Assembly: GCA_032718475.1 (NCBI GenBank)
Contig: JAUCBJ010008393.1
Location: forward strand, 1 to 32,461
Length of the DNA stretch: 32,461 bases
Reading direction: 5' to 3'
Source: Nemertoderma westbladi
Taxonomy: Eukaryota; Animalia; Xenacoelomorpha
This document shows positions 1 to 11,154 of the stretch, piece after piece (position 1 is the stretch's first letter; each line of letters starts with the position of its first letter). The notes beneath the pieces were generated by a model. That model saw only the letters and a program-made list of their open reading frames with translations. It was not told where the DNA came from and did not search any database. A program made the position numbers and the translations under genes.

Positions 1-590
1 ATGGAGAATAGTAGGGGGATTACGAATATCCCCAGCGGTGTCCGACCGGCTAGAGAGAGGGAGGTTGGCGTCATGAGCGGGCGAGCGACGAGACGTCGAG
101 CCCAGTCAGAAGAGGGAAGAAGAACAGTGGAGTTTAATCGGGAGGTCGACGAGAGATCTCACGAGTGGGGACGTTACACTGAAGAGAGAAGAAGAGAAGA
201 GAATAGAAGAAGCGTTGCTATGAGCGACCGGAGAGCGAGGACGGATAGCGAGCCGTCGGTAGTAGAGATGGAGTTGGAGAGTCAGTGGGGTCGAACTCCG
301 GGAGATTGCCATCGCCCCGGAGAGACGCAGCCTGGCGAGATATATTATACGCCGGGAGGGGGTACAGGACGTACCGGTACGAGGACGAGAACAGGAGAGT
401 GGATCGAAGGGAAACTCCCCGACTGGATATAGCTGCCGATCGAGAGTATGGTAGTCGCGGGGAGGACTTCTTGGACTATTCGAGAAGGTTAAACTTCGGT
501 CCGGGAGAACACATACAGACTGCAGGACATACTGTAGGCCTTACTGCACATACTATAGGCCATGCTGGGAGAGATTGTGTAGGCGATAGG
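1..590 (+). pseudogene. N-terminal low-complexity part of a BEL/Pao gag, cut off by the Gypsy insertion
   Basis: ORF 1..432 probably shifts into the 285..596 frame near the G-run at about 354-362 (inference). Removing 591-6132 joins that frame (...GRDCVGDR) in frame to GTA GCG CGA ACA ATG at 6133-6147, the start of the BEL gag ORF. Confidence 0.7.
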
Positions 591-891
591 TGTTAAATTA
601 TGTATTGTTAGGGCTCTAGTAGACCCTGGCTTGGTGGTGGTTAGATCCAACCTACTGGTCTTTTACCTACCGGTCCTCTTCTGGTATTCCGGTATTCAGT
701 CTTTCCTATCTTCTAGGTCTGTAGGTACAGTAACCGTTACCGGTACCTACTGTACTGCTGTACTGATGTGCTGTAAGGTGGTGGGTGTGTTCGTTGGCCT
801 GTTGGTTCATATTATTGTTTGATATGCTGTTCTGTATGTCGACCATTAATAAACTGATGCAGCTGGTATTCATTTATTTCCGATCCCAATA
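591..891 (+). repeat. Gypsy 5' LTR (TGTT...AATA)
   Basis: Direct repeat of 5827-6127 with one mismatch (A861 vs C6097); AATAAA at 848-853. Confidence 0.97.
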
Positions 892-900
892 TGGCGCAGT
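892..900 (+). promoter_or_regulatory. Primer-binding site, probably tRNA-Ser
   Basis: TGGCGCAGT directly after the LTR is complementary to the ...ACUGCG-CCA end of invertebrate tRNA-Ser. The tRNA assignment is from memory. Confidence 0.75.
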
Positions 901-1428
901 GATGTACTTGATGTTCCTACAACCCTATTCAAATGGTGGACATTCCAGCGCATTCAGCAGGTTAGATAATTCAACATTATTCTACCGGTCGCCTCGACTG
1001 ATTCTGATCTAGGCCTAGCTACCTACCTATACTTCTGGTGGTGTACCTACTCCAGTACTCTTCTAAACTAAGCCCTTGGGACGGACAGTGGAGTGACTCG
1101 CGCTGGTTATCATTGTCGTTGTGTAGCTACTACGTTGGCGAAAAACACAGCGACGACGGTAGCCTACATCGGCGCTGAGGACCTTGCGCTGTCTGGGGGC
1201 CATGAGGGGTAGGCAGCGACGCCCGCTAGCCTAATTAGAAACTACCGGTACCTATTCACATTCAGCAGTCAGGCGGTATTCCAGTCTGCCAGTATTCGAT
1301 AACTACAGATTTTGGCTGATTTGCATGCAAAAGTTTTGCACATTTTTGCAAATTTTTTCTTTTCGGATTTTGCAAATTTTTTCGGATATTTAATTTCCTG
1401 AAATTTCTCTACTATTCAACAGTCAGAT

Positions 1429-4400
1429 ATGCCTACTAAAGCTGAACTCGAAACCGAACTGGAGGTTTTAAGAGAACAGTTGGCTGGTCGTGGTAATCCT
1501 GATCCCACCTCAGCTCTTCTACATGCTTTAGTTAAATCACAACGCGATTTGGCTGATTCCTTAGCACAATCCCAAGCCCAAAATGCCCATCAATTTCAAC
1601 AATTACTTGGTCAACCACATCAACCTGTAGTTCATCAGGCTGACTCAACCCCTCGTAATCTTCAAATTAAAGCTCCAATTGCTTTAGAACCGGATTTCAG
1701 TTTAGCAAAATTTGAAACTTGGTAGTCGGTTTGGGCAGATTATTATTCTGCATTTCAGATGGATAGAATGGCTAGGGATAGGCAAATCTGTATTTTCAGG
1801 AGTTACCTTTCTATAGGTATGCGCTCTACACTGGAACAAGTTATTGACATTCCTCCTGACACACATGATAATCCTTTAACAGTTCAGGTGTTAATAGATT
1901 GTATTCAAAGTTATTTTCGTGGTAAACGGAATATAGCCCTTGATTGTGTTCAGTTTGATAATAGGAAACAACGTCAAAGTGAAAATTTTGATAGCTACCT
2001 GGTTGCTATTAAAGATCTTGCTCGAGATGCTGATCTATGTCGTCATTGTTTCGATCGGCGGTTGACTACTCGAATTATGTCTGGTATTTCTTGCGAGGAC
2101 ACCAGATCTAAACTTCTTGCATTGACTCCATTTCCATCGCTTGAAGATGCTGTAAATCTTTGTAGGTCTGAGGAATCAGCCCAAGCTGGAGTTCAGGATT
2201 TAAAAAACCCTTCAATCAACCAAGCTTCTCGACAATCCCGTTTTCACAACAAAAAGCCTTATAATTCCAGGCGCAACAATTCTTCTAAATCCAAATCCAG
2301 AAACAATTCTTCAACTACTGGCCCTATAGTTTGTTATGGTTGTGGTAAAACAGACCATAAACGCGCTGACTGTCCAGCAAGGAACAAAGATTGTTCTTAT
2401 TGTGGCAAGGAAGGCCACTTTGCCAATGTTTGTCTGTCTAAACAAAATAATTCGAATTCATCTTCAAAACCTAAGACAAAACCCATTGGCCGCATCACCC
2501 TCAATTTGGTTGGAAGCCATAATCGACAAGCTCCAAAAGTATTTCTGAACTTCTGTCATATCGCAACAGGACATTTATTCGGTTCTCTCAAAGCAACTCC
2601 AGATACTGGTGCTGAGGCCACTGTTGCCGGCTTAGATTTTCTTCAGGCCCTTTCTATTGACAAAGAAAATTTACTTCCACCAGACCATGATGATCTTTCT
2701 GCTGCTAATGGTAGTCTTCTTTCATGCATTGGTCTCCTCCACACCACAATTTCCTATGGTGAATATTCAACTGATGAGCTTATCTGCATTTGTGAAGAAG
2801 TCAATGGAATTCTTTTGGCATGGTATACTTGTCAAAACCTAGGAATTATTTCAAGTTCATATCCAGAACCAGTGGCAGAAATTCAGTCTGTTGCTTCTTC
2901 TAATTCTTCTAATATGTCACCAATTGGTATTAAAAACTCAATTCCAACAACATCATTCAAGGTTGACTTCCATCTTTCTGATGAACCTTCGCCTTCAGAA
3001 TGGGATACTGTTAAGCAGAAACTCATAAAAGCTTATTCTGATGTTTTTGACCAAGATGACAAACTTCGTCCAATGAATGGCCCACCCATGACCATTTCAT
3101 TAAAAGATGATGCCCAACCATATGCTATTCATACAGCCAGGCAACTTCCTTTAGCCATTAGAGACTGGGCTAAAGCTCGCTTAGAGAAAATGGTTGAACA
3201 AGGTATTATTTGTCCAGTTCTGGATAACGAACCAACTGATTGGGTCCATCCTCTTGTTGTAGTTCCTAAACCAACAGGCGGTTGGCGCCTTTGTGTTGAT
3301 TTGACTAAACTAAACAAACATGTTAAACGTCCGTATCATCCATCGGTTACTCCTCGTGAGGCTGTCAATTCGATTTCTCCATCAGATTGCTTCTTTTCTT
3401 CATTAGATGCCAAGGATGGATATTGGCAGATACCTCTTGATGAATCCAGTCAGAATTTAACAACATTCATTTCCCCTTGGGGTCGATTCAAGTTTCTTAG
3501 GAATCCCATGGGATTAACTTCAGCACAAGATGTGTTTTGTCTTCGTGGTGATATAGCGTTACAGGGATTGGAAGGCATTGCTAAAGTAGTTGATGACATT
3601 CTAATTCATTCTTCCGATAGTCACAGTCATCTCGCACATATTATTGCCGTTCTGGATCGGTGTCGTGAACACCAGATCAGTCTCAAAGCTGCGAAATTCA
3701 AATTAGCTACCCCTGAGGTGTGCTTCGCAGGATATATAATTAGTAGTAATGGTATTCAAGCGAATCCTTCCAAACTTAATGCTATTGCTGACTTTCCTGT
3801 TCCGACCAACATTTCTGAACTTAGATCTTTCTTGGGTCTTGTGAACCAACTAGGTGAGTTCACTTCCTCTATTAGCGAAAAGGCAGGCCCTCTTCGGGAC
3901 CTTCTTAAAGTTAAAAATGTCTTCTGTTGGTCAGAACCCCAAGAGACTGCATTTCAAGCAGTTAAGAAAGCTCTTGTAAGTCCTCCAATTCTAGCTCCAT
4001 ATGATCCATTGCTGCCTACAATGTTGCAGACAGATGCTTCACGTTTGAAGGGTCTTGGTTTCTCACTTCTTCAGAAACACGACAGCTTTTGGAAACTCAT
4101 TCAGTGCGGTTCAAGATTCATAACTGACACTGAATCACGTTACGCAATGATAGAACTTGAACTGTTAGCCGTCGTATGGGCTACTAGGAAGTGTAAGGTG
4201 TATCTTATGGGTCTCCCATCATTTGAGTTGGTAATTGACCATAAACCTCTTCTTCCTATCCTAAACAATTATACTTTGGATATGATAGACAATCCCCGAA
4301 TCCAACGTCTTAAAGAGAAACTCACCCTTTATTTCTTCAATACAACATGGAGAAAGGGAAGTGAACATTCCATTCCAGACGCACTTTCCCATGCCCCTGT

Positions 4401-5757
4401 TTCGGATCCTACTCCAGAGGATATTCTTTGTGATACAGATGTCAATGACCATGTTTCCGCAGTCATTCGTCACGTGTCTACCTCAATTGTTGTTTCTGAT
4501 GCTCCAAGTCATCTCAAGGATTCATATATTGAGTCTATCCGATCATCTGCAAAGGATGATATTTCTTACATGGCTTTGGTGGATGCTGTTATTTCTGGAT
4601 TTCCCTCAACATCCACACAATGTTCTGTGCACATACGCCCATTCTGGAATGTGCGACATCAGTTATCTTGTGAAGATAATCTTCTTTTATTAGGTTCCCG
4701 GATTGTAATTCCATCTTCCCTCCGCAAGAATGTCCTGAAGCACCTTCATGATGCTCATCAGGGCATTGAACGTTCTAAGAGGAGAGCTAGGCAAACTGTA
4801 TTCTGGCCTGGTATCAATAGCGATATTACAAACATAGTCAATTCTTGTCCCCAGTGTCAACTTTATCAACCAAGTTTACCTAAAGAGTCTCTCCAAAGCG
4901 ACCCTCATCCATGTTTTCCAATGGAGGATTGCTCTGCTGATCTTTTCTACTTCAGCACCTGGTCATACCTGGTTTATGTCGATAGATATTCTGGGTGGCC
5001 ATGCGTTCATTCTTGGCGTGCCGCTCCTTCCAGCTCTCAAGTTATTTCAGCTCTTCGAGGATGGTTCAAAGATTTCGGTATTCCAAAACGCCTTCGTTCT
5101 GATGGTGGTACACAATTTAATTCAGCACGTTATCATGATTTCTTATCCGAATGGAATATCATCCCTGAGTATTCTACTCCTGAGTATCCTCAGTCTAATG
5201 GCCATGCAGAGGGGGCTGTAAAGGCCATGAAATCATTGATAAAAAAGTTAGATGTCAAAGGAGATCTAAACTCTACTTGCTTTGTTCGTGGTTTGCTGGA
5301 ATGGAGAAATACTCCTAAAGAACATGGTATGTCTCCAGCTCAACTGTTGTTCGGTAGATCCCTCCGTTCCACTATACCAGCTCATTCGTCCACACTGGCA
5401 GGTGATTCATTCCCTATCCCTGGTCCTTCAACGTCTTCAGCAACTGAATCATATTATAATGATCATGCTCACGACTTAACCCCGATTCCTATTGGTTCCC
5501 GAGTTTGCATCCAGAGTGCACATTCCAAACTATGGAACAAATCTGGTATCGTCCTTTCCCGTGGTACTAGGCGAGATTACAGGATAGAACTAGACAATGG
5601 TCGGGTGTATTGGAGAAATCGTCGTTATCTACGTTCCATCCCAGATGACTCTTCTCTTCGTGACATAACGCCTCAAAAACAGGTACAGTTCGCTGATGAT
5701 CTTCCCAGGCGCAGTTCGAGAACTCACAAGCAACCAGCAAGATTCGGAGTTCAATGA
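1429..5757 (+). CDS. Gypsy gag-pol polyprotein with one in-frame TAG (1723-1725)
   Basis: ORFs 1429..1725 and 1759..5757 are in the same frame (ETW*SVWADYYSAFQM). Motifs: two CCHC knuckles (CYGCGKTDH..C, CSYCGKEGH..C), protease DTGAE, RT LDAKDGYWQ and VVDD, RNase H DAS/ELELLAV/DHKPL, integrase HHCC plus DLF/SDGG/SNGHAE. Confidence 0.93.
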
Positions 5758-5818
5758 ACTGACCTATTGGTGGTGGTTGGATTTTTTTTTCAGTACAAAT
5801 GTCTCCTACATTGTTCTT

Positions 5819-5826
5819 GGGGGAGA
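5819..5826 (+). promoter_or_regulatory. Polypurine tract
   Basis: GGGGGAGA immediately before the 3' LTR. Confidence 0.85.
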
Positions 5827-6127
5827 TGTTAAATTATGTATTGTTAGGGCTCTAGTAGACCCTGGCTTGGTGGTGGTTAGATCCAACCTACTGGTCTTTT
5901 ACCTACCGGTCCTCTTCTGGTATTCCGGTATTCAGTCTTTCCTATCTTCTAGGTCTGTAGGTACAGTAACCGTTACCGGTACCTACTGTACTGCTGTACT
6001 GATGTGCTGTAAGGTGGTGGGTGTGTTCGTTGGCCTGTTGGTTCATATTATTGTTTGATATGCTGTTCTGTATGTCGACCATTAATAAACTGATGCCGCT
6101 GGTATTCATTTATTTCCGATCCCAATA
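5827..6127 (+). repeat. Gypsy 3' LTR
   Basis: Copy of 591-891, followed by the TSD ATAGG. Confidence 0.97.
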
Positions 6128-6132
6128 ATAGG

Positions 6133-8493
6133 GTAGCGCGAACAATGGGATTAGATCCGGAAGTCGCAGCCTACATACTGGTAGGTAGGCCAGAAGTGGA
6201 TAGGCCTATACCGGTACCAGCACAGCAGTGTGACTATAATATGCAGGGACATAACATATACCCAGGGGAGAGGAGAGTTATTGCGGATAGGTTATTGGGC
6301 CCCAATATATTAACATCAACCCCAGTGCCAAACATACCAACGGTGGGGGGGGGGGGGGGGGGGGGGCAGGGTGACATTACCCCATTACAATATCAACAAT
6401 ACACTCAAACAGAAATAAGAACATCGAACCCCCTGGACGAGAACAGATCTTGCGACACGGAAATATGGAGGGGGCCATTACCCCCAATGGTATATCCGAC
6501 GCAAAGAAAGTCAACAGGCCGGACGGGTGGACTGCACCCAACGGGAGAATCTGTACAGCATCCTTCGAACCCATTGGAAGCACAGGCAATGGGAATGGCA
6601 ACACTTATCGACGCACTCAAGACCAGAATCGAGCTACCACTTGTAGAGCCATTTAAATTCGACGGAAGTAGGCCGGAAGAATACCTGCAATTCCCGCGCA
6701 TGTACAGTAACGAGATATTAACTAAGAACCTGACGCAGGCGGAGTGCCTAAAATATTTACAGGTATACACAGGAGGCCCAGCGTACAACATCGTGAGGCA
6801 GTATCAGGGCATCGAGGGTGGCTTCACGACTGCATGGCGGGCCCTAGACAGGGAATACAGACACCCGGCCAAGATCATCAGGCAAACCCTGAGGGGTATA
6901 ACATCGGGTGGCCTACAGGATAACCCTGTTAGCATAAAGACGTTTGCGAACAAGGTCGAGAAGGCGTTAATCGTGCTGAAAACACTAGACGCGCCATACG
7001 AACTCAACACATCTAATAATATCACCACGATAGTGCAGGTACTGCCGATCTGGCTGCCCAATAAATGGAGAAAGATCGCCTTCTCCACCCGGGAGAAGAA
7101 GGGTGCGGAACCGGGCCTAGAGGAAATGTCGAACTTCCTCAATTATGAGGCAGAGTTGATCACGGACCCAGTCTATAGCGAGGATAGTCTGGGGAGGGCG
7201 CCAAAGACTGAATATAACAGGCCGAAACCAGAACACAACACGGCAAATGCATTACCAAAGCTTAGACAATCGCTGCCATACGCGGCGATGCAGGGGACTG
7301 CTAGTTCACATATAGCCGGGGGTAGGGCCACACCATGGAGTGGACAGGGGCAAAATAACAACACAAACAAATATAACCCCAACACGCCCAGTGGGCCAAA
7401 CCCAAACAATAAGAACAGTAGGGAACTCGGTACGAACGTGAGTGCGATACGCAGCGCACTGTATAGGGACGGCTACAATGCAAACAACAAATGCCAATTG
7501 CATTCGAACGCACTTCATCAGACCATGAACTGCAGGTATTGGCAAGCGTTGCCCAAACAAGATCAGGTAGAATACGCAAGGAAGAGTGGAATCTGTCATC
7601 GATGTGTGGCGGGCAGACACAAAGCTGATCAATGCAAAGAAACACCAATTAAGTTCGGTCAAGGCAAAGGGCAGACAATGGAGACAAGCACCGTAGGGGC
7701 GAAGAAAGGGGGAACGGTACTACTCGGGGTAGTGCCAGTGAGGGTGATAGGAAAAGGCGGTCGATCAGTCACTACTTTGATGCTGGTCGACAGCGGAGCA
7801 GCCTTCACATTGGTGGAGAATTGGGTGGCCGAAGAGTTAGGGCTAAAGACGAGGCCAAGTAGGATGGCGGTAACAATCATCTCCAGCAAAGATGAGGTCC
7901 TGGAGATGAAGACGGGACGGTGCGAGATATCAGCGATAGCACCGGGATGTGACTATGGGGTGACCATCGACCCCATCCAGGTAATAGAATCGATCAACAT
8001 AAACGCCAGGCGACCAACCAACATCGAGGTCGAACAATACAGATTCCTGGACAACATCGATTTCTCGATACCGGAGGTGGACGTCAGGAAGGTATCCATC
8101 ATAGTAGGAATGGATTTCCCGACGGCCCACGAGAGAATGCAAACGGTTTTCGGGGAAGACAGACAGCGTGATCCAATGGCAATTCTAACACCATTCGGGT
8201 GGACGCTAAGCAGCCCAATTAAAACCAAGATTCCGTTTAGGATGTCGGAGACATTGGGGTGCATGTTCGCGGGAACTATGAGGGAGATGGAAGATGAAGG
8301 AGCGGAGGAGCAGCTTAGGAGGTTGTTAAGACAGGACTTTGAGGGACTAAAGGAGACCGGGGTCGGAACCTCAGTAGAGGATAAACAAGCAGTGGAGAGT
8401 GTGAAGGAGTCGATGAGATGCGACGAGGGGCGGTACACCATAGGCATGGTATGGAAACAACCAAAACTACTGCTACCAGAGAACAAGGAGATG
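6133..8493 (+). pseudogene. BEL/Pao gag-protease, truncated before the RT core (ORF 6145..8604 runs on into unrelated sequence)
   Basis: DUF1759-like FKFDGS...LKYLQVY..GPA...AW..LDREY; knuckles CQLH..H...C and CHRC...H...C (the usual third knuckle is absent); protease LVDSGA; TPFGW; SVEDKQA...GRY...WK...LPEN. Similarity stops near 8493. Confidence 0.88.
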
Positions 8494-8559
8494 CGAACAC
8501 AAACCCCCTCAGACGTATGTTTGGTGGAGGCTCATATTCCACCATTATTACATTGGATT

Positions 8560-8921
8560 TTGATGGCCAGGAAACGCTACATGCACACCTGTAGAACCGT
8601 TTAAATTTGATGGCAGTATTCATAGTTACAGTTCGGAAGGATGTACAGCAATGAAAATCCCATTGAAAAGACTATTGCAGACAGAGTGCCTAAAATATCT
8701 ACAGGAGGCACTGGACCAGCCTATGACATTGTGAGACAATACCAGGGAATAGAAGGTCTGAAGAAAGAAAGAATATAAGATATGGCTATCCAGCAAACAT
8801 ATTCCAGTAGATCCTGAAGGGAATACAGCAGGTGGACTTATCGACAGCTCAACTCATCAAAACCGTTGCCAATAAAATCAAGAAGTCTTTGATAATCCTA
8901 CAAATATTCAAGGCCCCATAC
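8560..8921 (+). pseudogene. Decayed second copy of the same BEL gag segment
   Basis: Frameshifted PVEPFKFDGS, RMYSNE, ECLKYL, GPAYDIVRQYQGIEG and IKTVANKIKKSLIILQIFKAPY parallel about 6630-7000. Confidence 0.8.
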
Positions 8922-9324
8922 CCGGACACATAACAGGACACAAGGTAAAGGAGAGAGGTTCTGTGCCAAAGTGTAGTGAGATAGCAAGTGGATTAGTTGG
9001 GAAATTACTTAAACTATTCGTGAAAATTATATAACGTCGTCGTCGGCTTCTATGGTGGGGGGTTGTATTAACTTGAATGTATAGTTTGTGCGTTTACAGT
9101 AGGCCTACTACTCCAAAATGCAAAGCAATATCCGTTTGGGCCTATTGCTATTATGAAGTCTCGTAATCTTAAAGAAAGAACCCATTATAACAGAAGCGGG
9201 TAAAAGTTAACTATAGCGCTATAGCAAAACATACAATTAATTGGCTACCAACTTGCAATAAGTTTGTCAATTGGTGTACAAAAAACTATTGTGTTAGACA
9301 AGGTTTCACCGCATTGTGCGGGTG

Positions 9325-9670
9325 AGTACAAAACGGAGACCGGAGATGGGAGACCCACCAAGTACAAAACGGAGACCGGAGATGGGAGACCCCCCAAGTA
9401 TAAAACGGAGACCGGAGATGGGAGACCCCCCAAGTACAAAACGGAGACCGGAGATGGGAGACCCCCCAAGTACAAAACGGAGACCGGATACGGGAGACCC
9501 CCCCAAGTACAAAACGGAGACCTGAGATGGGAGACCCCCCAAGTACAAAACGGAGACCAGAGATGGGAGACCCCCCAAGTACAAAAGGGAGACCCCCAAG
9601 TACAAAAGGGAGACCCCCCCCCCCCCCCACCCCCCAAGTACAGGGGGGTGGACCCCCCAAGTACAAAAGT
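9325..9670. repeat. 36-bp minisatellite AGTACAAAACGGAGACCGGAGATGGGAGACCCCCCA, 7 full units plus truncated units
   Basis: Units start at 9325, 9361, 9397, 9433, 9469, 9506 and 9542, then shorten into about 21-bp units and a C-run. Confidence 0.95.
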
Positions 9671-10183
9671 ACTAATGCAAAAATACAAAAGTACATATAC
9701 TAATTTGTTTATTGTTTTGGTTAAATTCAGCCCTTCTATAACCTGTGGTTTTGGTGAAAATCTGGTATTCTTCACATGGGGGTAACTGCAAAGTGAAATA
9801 TAACAGCAGAAAGTCTGGTATTCTTCATATGGGCCAATAAGCGCTTTAAAACATTTAATAAAGATAAATTTAAAAAAATAAAAAATCTTCATAAAAATTC
9901 CAATAAAAAGTCGACCGAAAAGTGAAATCCTGTTATTCTTCACATGGGCGCTTCAATGTATTTCATTCATATAAACAACCGACGCAAACTAGACGCACAA
10001 AGATCGCCGGTTTGTTTGGCAATAAATACTACGTCTGCGCTCTGCGTGTGTTTAATCTACGCGGAGGGTGTTGTAGATTATCGTACAGATCGTATGCAAG
10101 TAATTACAATTATCAATTACCCATGTTAATTCCTACTGTAAATTTGCTTGTTGTAAATACCATAGTAATTTGAGAACCTTAGT

Positions 10184-10260
10184 CAGGGACGGATTATGGA
10201 TTTTCGGGCCCCCGGCAGTCGCAACTTACGGGCCCCTAGCCACCCCCCCCCCCCCCCCCC
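10184..10260 (+). mobile_element. Possible single end of a hAT-type MITE
   Basis: Starts CAGGGACGGATTA and has two CGGGCCCC subterminal motifs before a C18 run. No partner end was found. Confidence 0.3.
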
Positions 10261-11154
10261 AGAAAAACCAATTGCTAGAAAGCCAGCAAGCTGGCTGGAA
10301 GGAGCCCGGGGGGAAAATCCTAGCCAAGACTATTACAAAGAACTATGTCAGTCAGCAGTAAGTAAACTAAACAATTGTCTAAACTGCAAGGCGTGAGGTT
10401 AGCTGACTTTGTGGCTCGCCCCACATAATAAAAATGCAAATTAGCTACCACTAACAAAAATATAATATGAAGCAAATAATTTCATTATTAAGCACGTTTA
10501 CAAGATATAAGATACGATTACCGAATATTTATAAAAAATGCCCATGATGCACAACCAGATAAATAACAACGAATAGAGCCAAATAACAAATTTAGTTTCC
10601 TTCTATAGGTATTACCCCGTCGTCAAGCGGCATATCTCTTCCCAGTGAATCCTATGTGAATATGTAATATAGGTACTCCTGCTAAGTTAGGCGGTAAGCC
10701 AGAGCGGGCTCCTTAAATACATGCCACTACTGTATTATATTGTAGGTGAACTATAAAACATTTTGCAATCCACAGTGAGTAACAATTGCAATAGGACACA
10801 ACACACTGCATTGTGTAACTATAATTCCTCCTGATCCACCCCCTAACATAGCAGATTGAGTAACCTTATTGTAGATATACCCTTAGGAAGCACTGGGAGC
10901 GCAATCAGCTTATGGGGTAATACACATTATAGCCTACTAGTAAAACTTGGCAACCAACACGTTTTACTATGACTGTGTATAACATATTAAGACATATTTC
11001 ATCAAGAACACCAGCTGTTATTTTACCATTGCTTTTAATTTCGCGACAAAATAATGTCAAAAAACTAAATATATCGAATACCGCACATAGAATCGATCTG
11101 AAATTTTGGGAAGAATTGGATAAGGGTTTGGCTCGCTGGAAGGAAACATATCCT

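Larger units (their letters stand above)
591..6127 (+). mobile_element. Full-length Ty3/Gypsy LTR retrotransposon (Mag-like)
   Basis: Two 301-bp LTRs, 5-bp TSD ATAGG (586-590 and 6128-6132), PBS, PPT, and domain order Gag-PR-RT-RH-IN. Confidence 0.97.

Noticed and set aside
631-1012. Hydrophobic ORFs in the LTRs as env or accessory genes (also 5696..6058, 16826..17105, 23148..23457)
   Set aside because: They are short, mostly start at non-ATG codons, and reflect T-rich LTR sequence.
1165-1250. Hammerhead ribozyme from CTGAGGA and a downstream GAAA
   Set aside because: Stem II is not closed next to GAAA and no stem III or cleavage triplet could be built.
9325-9600. 36-bp repeats as a CRISPR array
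   Set aside because: The units are head-to-tail with no unique spacers, there are no cas genes, and the context is eukaryotic.
9334-9615. Clustered GAGACC (BsaI) sites as a synthetic construct
   Set aside because: They are part of the natural repeat unit and decay along with it; no vector sequence is present.
9245-9943. Several overlapping ORFs on both strands
   Set aside because: They arise from a stop-free 36-bp repeat unit. The same applies to the ORFs over the repeats at 27890-28123, 28672-28902 and 28927-29305.
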